DNA of 64,000 nucleotides from the NCBI GenBank assembly GCA_963745025.1, contig CAVUWD010000020.1, positions 64,001-128,000 of the forward strand, written 5' to 3'. The position numbers and the translations under genes were made by a program. The notes beneath the pieces were generated by a model. That model had not been told where the DNA came from. It ran no database searches and worked only from the letters and a program-made list of their open reading frames with translations. The stretch comes from an uncultured delta proteobacterium (GTDB taxonomy: Bacteria; Desulfobacterota; Binatia; JACPRU01). Below, in pieces: positions 58,067 to 64,000 of the stretch. Within the stretch, counting starts at the first letter, position 1. Each line of letters starts with the position of its first letter.

Positions 58067-59782
58067 ATGAAGCTCAGCCAACTACTCGCACCGACCCTGA
58101 AGGAAGACCCCGCCGACGCCGAGGTGGTGAGTCACAAGCTTCTCGTGCGCGCGGGGATGATTCGTCAGGTTGCGCGCGGAATCTATGATTTTCTTCCGCT
58201 TGGTCTGCGCGCTGTCCGCCGTGTCGAGACGATTGTTCGCGAGGAGATGAACCGCGCCGGCGCGCAGGAAATCCTCATGCCGGTGGTGTGCCCGGCCGAG
58301 CTCTGGCAGGAGAGCGGGCGCTGGCAGAAATATGGCCCCGAGCTCCTGCGGCTCAAGGACCGCCACGATCGCGAGTTCTGCTTCGGACCGACGCACGAGG
58401 AGCTGGTCACCGACATCGTCCGCCGCGAGGTGCGCTCCTACCGCCAGCTGCCGCTCAACCTCTATCAAATCCAAGTCAAGTTTCGCGACGAGGTCCGCCC
58501 GCGCTTCGGCTTGATGCGCGGCCGCGAGTTCCTCATGAAAGATGGGTACTCGTTTCACGCCTCGGCGGAGGATTGCCGGCGCGAGTACGAGAACATGTTC
58601 CAGACCTACTCGCGCATCTTCGAGCGTTGCGGGCTCCGGTTTCGCCCGGTAGAGGCAGACACGGGGGCGATCGGGGGTTCGCAATCGCACGAGTTTCAGG
58701 TGCTCGCCGATTCGGGCGAGGATGCGATCGCGAGCTGTAACCAATGCGGCTACGCGGCGAACGTGGAAAAAGCCGAAGGCCGTCTCGAGCCGACGCCGCA
58801 AGAGCCGGGTGGGTCCCTCGAAGCCGTGGCGACGCCGAACCAGCGAACGGTTGAGGAGGTGAGCGCGTTTCTTGGCCTGTCGCCGAGCCGGTTCGTGAAG
58901 ACGCTCGTCTATGTGACCGACGCAGGCGAGCCGATCGTCGCGCTCGTGCGCGGCGACCGCGCGCTCTCGGAAGCGAAGCTTAAGAATGCGGTCGGGGCCG
59001 CCGCCGTTCTATTGGCCGACGAGGGGATAGTCGAGCGCGTGACCGGAGCCCCTGTCGGGTTTGCCGGCCCCGTCGGCCTGCCTGCTCGCATCATCGCCGA
59101 CCCCCTGCTGCGGGGCATCCGCGGCGCCGTCACCGGGGCCAACGAGGCCGACCGGCACTTCGTCGGCTTCGATCTCGAGCGCGACGCTCCGCCGGTCGAG
59201 TTCGTCGATCTCGTCGTGGTCGGGGCGGGCGACCGCTGCGGGCGCTGTCCGGACGGTCGGTTTGAGATCCATCGGGGAATCGAGGTCGGGCAAATCTTCT
59301 ACCTCGGCCGCAAGTACAGTGAGCCGCTGCGTGCTGTGTTTCTCGACCCGGCCGGAGCGGAGCAGACGATCGAGATGGGGACCTACGGAATCGGCATTAC
59401 CCGCACGGTGGCGGCGGCGATCGAGCAGAACCACGATGCTCACGGGATCGTATGGCCAGTTCCGCTCGCGCCGTTTCCCGCGATCGTCGTGCCGGTGAAC
59501 CGCGCCGACGAAGCGGTCTGGGTGGCGGCGGAGCGCGTCTACCGGGAGCTCCGCGGCCGCGGCGTCGAGACCCTGCTCGACGACCGTGACGAGCGTCCCG
59601 GTGTCAAGTTCAAGGATGCGGATCTGATCGGGATCCCGTTGCGGGTGACCGTCGGGCCCAAGGCGTTGGCGCGTGGTAACGTGGAGCTGAAGATGCGTCG
59701 CGCCGAAACGGCGGAAGAGGTGCCCCTGGGAGAGGTTAGCGCGCGAGTCGCCGAGCAGGTGACCAAGGCGACCGCGCCGTGA
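58067..59782 (+). CDS. proS: Proline--tRNA ligase
   Basis: GPTHEE, KFRDEVRPRFGLMRGREF, INS domain, IEVGQIF, GVKFKDADLIG. Confidence 0.97.
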   Translation: MKLSQLLAPTLKEDPADAEVVSHKLLVRAGMIRQVARGIYDFLPLGLRAVRRVETIVREEMNRAGAQEILMPVVCPAELWQESGRWQKYGPELLRLKDRHDREFCFGPTHEELVTDIVRREVRSYRQLPLNLYQIQVKFRDEVRPRFGLMRGREFLMKDGYSFHASAEDCRREYENMFQTYSRIFERCGLRFRPVEADTGAIGGSQSHEFQVLADSGEDAIASCNQCGYAANVEKAEGRLEPTPQEPGGSLEAVATPNQRTVEEVSAFLGLSPSRFVKTLVYVTDAGEPIVALVRGDRALSEAKLKNAVGAAAVLLADEGIVERVTGAPVGFAGPVGLPARIIADPLLRGIRGAVTGANEADRHFVGFDLERDAPPVEFVDLVVVGAGDRCGRCPDGRFEIHRGIEVGQIFYLGRKYSEPLRAVFLDPAGAEQTIEMGTYGIGITRTVAAAIEQNHDAHGIVWPVPLAPFPAIVVPVNRADEAVWVAAERVYRELRGRGVETLLDDRDERPGVKFKDADLIGIPLRVTVGPKALARGNVELKMRRAETAEEVPLGEVSARVAEQVTKATAP

Positions 59783-60567
59783 CGCTCCGCTGGCCGCTCA
59801 GTGGAATCCGACAGGGTGGCGCGCGAAGTCGGCTGATCTTCGCGCTCGACGTCGCCCAGCTCCGCGAGGCGGAGCAACTGGTGCGCGCGCTGGTGCGCGA
59901 GGTCGGCCTCTTCAAGATCGGCAAACAGCTCTTCCTGCATGCCGGGCCGGCGGTCGTCCGTATGGTGCAGGAGAAGGGCGGCGAGGTATTCCTCGACCTC
60001 AAGTTTCACGACATCCCCCGCACCGTTGCGAAAGCGGCCGCCGAAGCGACGCGCATGCGGGTCCGGATGTTCGACCTCCATGCCTCGGGGAGCCTGGCGA
60101 TGATGCAGCAAAGCGTCACCGAGGTGAACCGCGTCTGCCGCAACGAGCAGCTCCGTCGCCCGAAGATTCTCGCGGTCACCGTGCTGACGAGCCTCACTCG
60201 GGACGACCTGCGCCGTGTCGGCGTTCAAGCGGGGGTCGAGAGCCAAGTCGTTCGTCTCGCGCGGCTTGCACGCGAGGCGTCGATGGACGGTGTGGTCGCC
60301 TCGCCGCTCGAGATCGCCCGCATTCGCAAGGAATGCGGGCGCGGCTTTCTCATCGTCACCCCCGGAGTGCGCATGGCGCGATCGAGTTGGGACGACCAGA
60401 AGCGCGTGCTCACCCCGGAGCACGCGATCCAGGCCGGTGCGGACTACATCGTCGTCGGCAAGCCGATTCGCGACGCCAGGGACCCGCAAGCCGCGGCGCG
60501 CGAAATCGTCATGGAGATGGAGCGTGGGAGCGCCGGTCTGCGCGGGAGGGGTCGCGGAGATGCGTGA
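59779..60567 (+). CDS. pyrF: Orotidine-5'-phosphate decarboxylase
   Basis: ALD, FLDLKFHDIPRT, VTVLTS, VTPGVR, DQKRV. Confidence 0.96.
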   Translation: MTLRWPLSGIRQGGARSRLIFALDVAQLREAEQLVRALVREVGLFKIGKQLFLHAGPAVVRMVQEKGGEVFLDLKFHDIPRTVAKAAAEATRMRVRMFDLHASGSLAMMQQSVTEVNRVCRNEQLRRPKILAVTVLTSLTRDDLRRVGVQAGVESQVVRLARLAREASMDGVVASPLEIARIRKECGRGFLIVTPGVRMARSSWDDQKRVLTPEHAIQAGADYIVVGKPIRDARDPQAAAREIVMEMERGSAGLRGRGRGDA

Positions 60568-60570
60568 CGC

Positions 60571-62484
60571 TCAGATGCGCTTGACGGCGCCACTGCGCGA
60601 CGTGTCGTAGCCTGCGAGCGTGGCGACGGCGCGGGCAAAATCGGCCGAGCCGATCACCTCGAGCAGGCGCGCACCGAGACCGCTCGCCGCGAACTCCTCG
60701 AGAAGCACGAGGTCGTAGTCCTCGACGTCGACCGGAACGAAATCGAGGTCGAGAGCGACGGCGGCTTGCTGAATGCCGAGGCCCACGTCGGCGATACCGC
60801 TCTTCACCGCAACGGCGACGCCCATGTGCGTGAACTCTTCACGTTCATACCCGCGGATCTCCGCGGCGCGCAACCCGAGCTCGGCGAGGCGAGAATCCAA
60901 GAGCACTCGCGTTCCCGCGCCCGGTTGGCGATTGACGAATCGCACGTCCGGCCGAACCAGGTCCTCGAGCCGTTCGATCCGTTTGGGATTCCCGCCGGCG
61001 ACGATCAGGCCTTGCCTTCGCCGCACGAGATTCACGACGCGCACGGCGCGGCCTGGAAGAAGGCGGCGAACGTCGGCGAGATTGTATTCTCCGCTCAGCG
61101 GGTCGAGGAGGTGGCAGCCCGCAACGTGAGCCTCGCCGCGCCCGAGCGCTACGAGGCCCGCGATCGAGCCGACGTTGGTCGCCGAGATGCGCGTTCCCGG
61201 CTCGCGTTGCTTCAGACAGTCCTCGAGAATCGACAGCGACAAGTCGTGGCTGCCGCTCGCGAGGATCGTCTGCTCGATCTCCTCGCGGCGTCGCAGAAGC
61301 TCGATCTCGACCGCCTCCCCCGCGTTCAGTCCTTCGACGTTGGCCGGGATGCGCAGAATGCCGTCGGCCTTGACCATCGTGGTGATCAAGCCGGCGCCGC
61401 GGCCGAGGGGATTGGCGACGAGCCGCCCGCCGACGCGCCCGAGCGTCACCCGCACGATCTCTTCGAGTCCGAGGCGTGAGGGGATCTTCTTCGGCACGAC
61501 GGCGGAGGCCCGATCCGGCTCGGCGGGCGCGATGCCGAGCGTCCGGGCCAGCAGGCGCCTCACGAACTCCTGGGCGATGACCACCGCCGACACCGGGTAT
61601 CCCGGGATGCCGATGACCGGCTTCGTCGCGGCGATGGCCAAGATCGCCGGTTTCCCCGGCATGACGTCGATGCCGTGGGCGATGATCTCGCCGAGCGCGC
61701 CAACGGCCTCGGCGGTGAAGTCGTGCTCGCCCGCGGATGAACCGGCGATGACCAGGACCACGTCGTGCTCGGCGATGGCGCGCTCGATCGCGGAGCGCAT
61801 GCGCTCGAGGTCGTCCGGCACGGGCGGCAGGCGGCGCGGATCGCCGCCCCACTCGAGAACGTACGCGGCGAGCATGCGCGAGTTGAACTCGATCACGCGG
61901 CCGGGCTCGGCGCCCGCACCAGGCTCGATCAGCTCCGACCCGGTCGGCAGGATCGCCACGCGCGGGCGCACCGCGACCGTGACCCGCTCGACTCCCGCCG
62001 CGAGCAGCGCGCCGAGGTCTGCCGGACGAATGCGATGGCCGCGCGGCAGCACGGGCTCGGTGGCGACGAAGTCTTCGCCGACCAGGCGGACGTGTTGCCA
62101 CGGGACGGCTGCCTGGCGGACCTCGACGTGCGAATCGTCGAGCCGGAAGACACGCTCGATCATCACGACCGCGTTCGCCCAGGAGGGGAGGATGGATCCG
62201 GTATCGACGTACGTGAAGCGACCCTCGCCCGTGCCGAGCTCGAGCGTGCGCGGCACGAATTCCGTGGCACCGAACGTATCCTCGGCCCGGACGGCGATCC
62301 CATCCATTGCCGCACCGTGATAGTGGGGCGCGGACAGAGACGCGATGACGGGCTGCGCGGTGATCCGCCCGAGTGATTGTTCGGTCGCGACGTCTTCGGC
62401 GCGGAGCGGACCGAGCGGTAGCGCGTCGATGAAGATGCTTCGCGCCTCTTCGAGGCTCCGGCGCTTCAGGTAACGCCTTCGCAT
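60571..62484 (-). CDS. moeA: Molybdopterin molybdotransferase MoeA fused to a periplasmic-binding-protein (LysR-type) domain
   Basis: AAMDGIAV, PTGSEL, PGKP, PGYPVS, then GSHD, GSIAGL, NRQPGAGTR. Confidence 0.92.
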   Translation of the reverse strand: MRRRYLKRRSLEEARSIFIDALPLGPLRAEDVATEQSLGRITAQPVIASLSAPHYHGAAMDGIAVRAEDTFGATEFVPRTLELGTGEGRFTYVDTGSILPSWANAVVMIERVFRLDDSHVEVRQAAVPWQHVRLVGEDFVATEPVLPRGHRIRPADLGALLAAGVERVTVAVRPRVAILPTGSELIEPGAGAEPGRVIEFNSRMLAAYVLEWGGDPRRLPPVPDDLERMRSAIERAIAEHDVVLVIAGSSAGEHDFTAEAVGALGEIIAHGIDVMPGKPAILAIAATKPVIGIPGYPVSAVVIAQEFVRRLLARTLGIAPAEPDRASAVVPKKIPSRLGLEEIVRVTLGRVGGRLVANPLGRGAGLITTMVKADGILRIPANVEGLNAGEAVEIELLRRREEIEQTILASGSHDLSLSILEDCLKQREPGTRISATNVGSIAGLVALGRGEAHVAGCHLLDPLSGEYNLADVRRLLPGRAVRVVNLVRRRQGLIVAGGNPKRIERLEDLVRPDVRFVNRQPGAGTRVLLDSRLAELGLRAAEIRGYEREEFTHMGVAVAVKSGIADVGLGIQQAAVALDLDFVPVDVEDYDLVLLEEFAASGLGARLLEVIGSADFARAVATLAGYDTSRSGAVKRI

Positions 62485-62551
62485 CGCGCCCTACTTAGCA
62501 GTGCTGCCGAGAAACTCCATGGGCGCCCGAGCTTGATCCGGCGCGCCATTT

Positions 62552-62580
62552 ATGAAATTGAAAATCATTTTCAATTTCAT
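62552..62580. promoter_or_regulatory. Fur-box-like perfect palindrome
   Basis: ATGAAATTGAAAAT-C-ATTTTCAATTTCAT (14-1-14); core TGAAAAT-n-ATTTTCA resembles the Fur 7-1-7 consensus. Confidence 0.8.
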
Positions 62581-62592
62581 TTGGAGAGGGGA

Positions 62593-64000
62593 ATGAAAAT
62601 GGCGGTCTATTGCAAGGTCGGAGCGGTGCTGGCGCTTGCGCTGCTGCTGTCGGTTTCCGCGAATGCGGCGGAAAGCGATACGCAAAAGATCGAGCGGCTC
62701 GAGCGAGCGGTGGACGAGCTCAAGCAGCAGATCGAGGAGCTGAAGAGGGAGCTGGTGAAGCCCGAGCCGGCGGCCCGCAGGCCGCCGCGGCACCGACGCC
62801 GGCGCCCGCTGCGCTCGCGGAGGGCCAAGGTGTCGTGTCGCAGGTACTCGAGCGCGTGCAGATCGGCGGTACGGCTCGACGCGCTTCGAAGCGAGCTCCG
62901 CCAGCAGGCCAGAATCGACCTTCACGCTCGACGCCTCGTCGTGACGGCCGACGGCGAGCGCCGCGACGGACGATCGACTTCGAGCTCGAGTTCGAGCGCT
63001 TCCGCCGAGCTCGAGCCCGAGCGCATCGTCGAGGCCGAGGAGGGCGGGCTCAAGGTCGAGCAGGAGGTCGAGGGCACGAACGAGTCGAGATCGCCGCTCG
63101 AGCAGGCTGGTCGAACGAGCTGTCGAGCGCTCGAAGGCGATCGGAGCGTGCTCGTGCAGCTCGGCGGCTCAACCTCAATCACGACGACAACCGCTGGGAT
63201 CTGCCGCGACGCTCGCTCGTGGATCGCGGCGTGCCCGTGCTGCCGTCCACGTCGGCCTGGGACGAGGTCGGCGCCGGATTCACCGGAGATCTCGAGGTCG
63301 GCGAGCTGGGAGCGCTCGGATATCACCTGTACGTGGTCAACGGTACGACCCTGCAACCGGAGACCGAGGAGATCGTGCAGACCCGCAGCGAGAGCCGCGA
63401 CAAGCTCAGCTCGAGGCGAAGTTCACGCCCAGACCGGCACGTTCGGCAACGACGTGAAGGACGCGAAGGCGGTGACGGGGCGGCTCGCGTGGAGCCCCGC
63501 GCTCGGTCACGAGCTCGCCGGCTCGTTCTACACCGCTCGCTACACGCCGGACTCCTGCCGAGCGAGACCATCAACGCCTTCGGCGCGACGGGCTGACGAT
63601 CTGGGGGCCCTTCGAGCTCGAGGGCGAGTACGTCTACACCGACTTCGGCGACATCGACGAACTCGCGACCGCCTTTGCCAAGACCGTGGGCGACAAGTCG
63701 GCCGCGAATCCCGCGGAGACCAGTCCCGACTTCGAGGCCGAGATCGAGTTCGAGCTGTCGAGCCTCGCCGAGACGAAGCAAGGCTACTGGATCGAGCCGC
63801 GCTGGCGCTTTCGCCCGGCGTGGCTGAAGGAATCGATCTTCGGGCGATATTTCGAGGACCCGGTGCTGACGGCGCTGGTGCGCTGGGAACAGGTCTGGCT
63901 CGGCGGATTGCTCCAAGAGCTCGATTTCGCCGGCGGCCAAGTGACCGCGCTCGAAAGGTGGCGCCTCCGGTTCAGGAGGTTTTGCGGGAGGCCTGTTACG
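62593..64000 (+). CDS. Porin-like outer-membrane protein with signal peptide and coiled coil; frameshifted, runs off the window
   Basis: GGAGAGGG RBS; MKMAVYCKVGAVLALALLLSVSANA, coiled coil, QIGGYG, FELEFE, EQAG, NLNHDDNRWDLPRR, W.EVGAG, YVVNG. Confidence 0.7.
   Translation, partial: MKMAVYCKVGAVLALALLLSVSANAAESDTQKIERLERAVDELKQQIEELKRELVKPEPAARRPPRHRRRRPLRSRRAKVSCRRYSSACRSAVRLDALRSELRQQARIDLHARRLVVTADGERRDGRSTSSSSSSASAELEPERIVEAEEGGLKVEQEVEGTNESRSPLEQAGRTSCRALEGDRSVLVQLGGSTSITTTTAGICRDARSWIAACPCCRPRRPGTRSAPDSPEISRSASWERSDITCTWSTVRPCNRRPRRSCRPAARAATSSARGEVHAQTGTFGNDVKDAKAVTGRLAWSPALGHELAGSFYTARYTPDSCRARPSTPSARRADDLGALRARGRVRLHRLRRHRRTRDRLCQDRGRQVGRESRGDQSRLRGRDRVRAVEPRRDEARLLDRAALALSPGVAEGIDLRAIFRGPGADGAGALGTGLARRIAPRARFRRRPSDRARKVAPPVQEVLREACY

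Overview
A GC-rich (visually about two-thirds G+C) bacterial chromosomal segment. Gene content and protein style suggest Deltaproteobacteria sensu lato, possibly Candidatus Binatia; this is inference. It is mostly housekeeping and envelope genes: tyrS, gloB, dsbD, ribB(X), tpx, egtB, glmS/glmU, glpK-like, cstA, gmhA, pcrA/uvrD, rpoD-like, proS, pyrF and moeA-PBP. I found no tRNA, rRNA, CRISPR array, transposase or integrase. Several genes, including essential glmS, carry clustered frameshifts that look like long-read consensus errors. Most notable: (1) an ECF sigma / zinc-finger anti-sigma pair, with the same promoter motif (CGCAAGC-N13-GCGTTC) in front of both the anti-sigma and an adjacent orphan RnfD/NqrB-like + CxxC DUF2330 operon, suggesting an uncharacterised regulated envelope redox module; (2) twin 48-nt hairpins with compensatory base changes inside a 166-nt palindrome; (3) three heptamer-built palindromic intergenic elements around tyrS; (4) two tandem paralogous small proteins, one with a near-consensus sigma54 promoter; (5) an acetyltransferase-only GlmU; (6) a non-dnaG-linked RpoD paralog followed by an unannotated 56-aa ORF; (7) a perfect Fur-box palindrome upstream of a porin-like gene.
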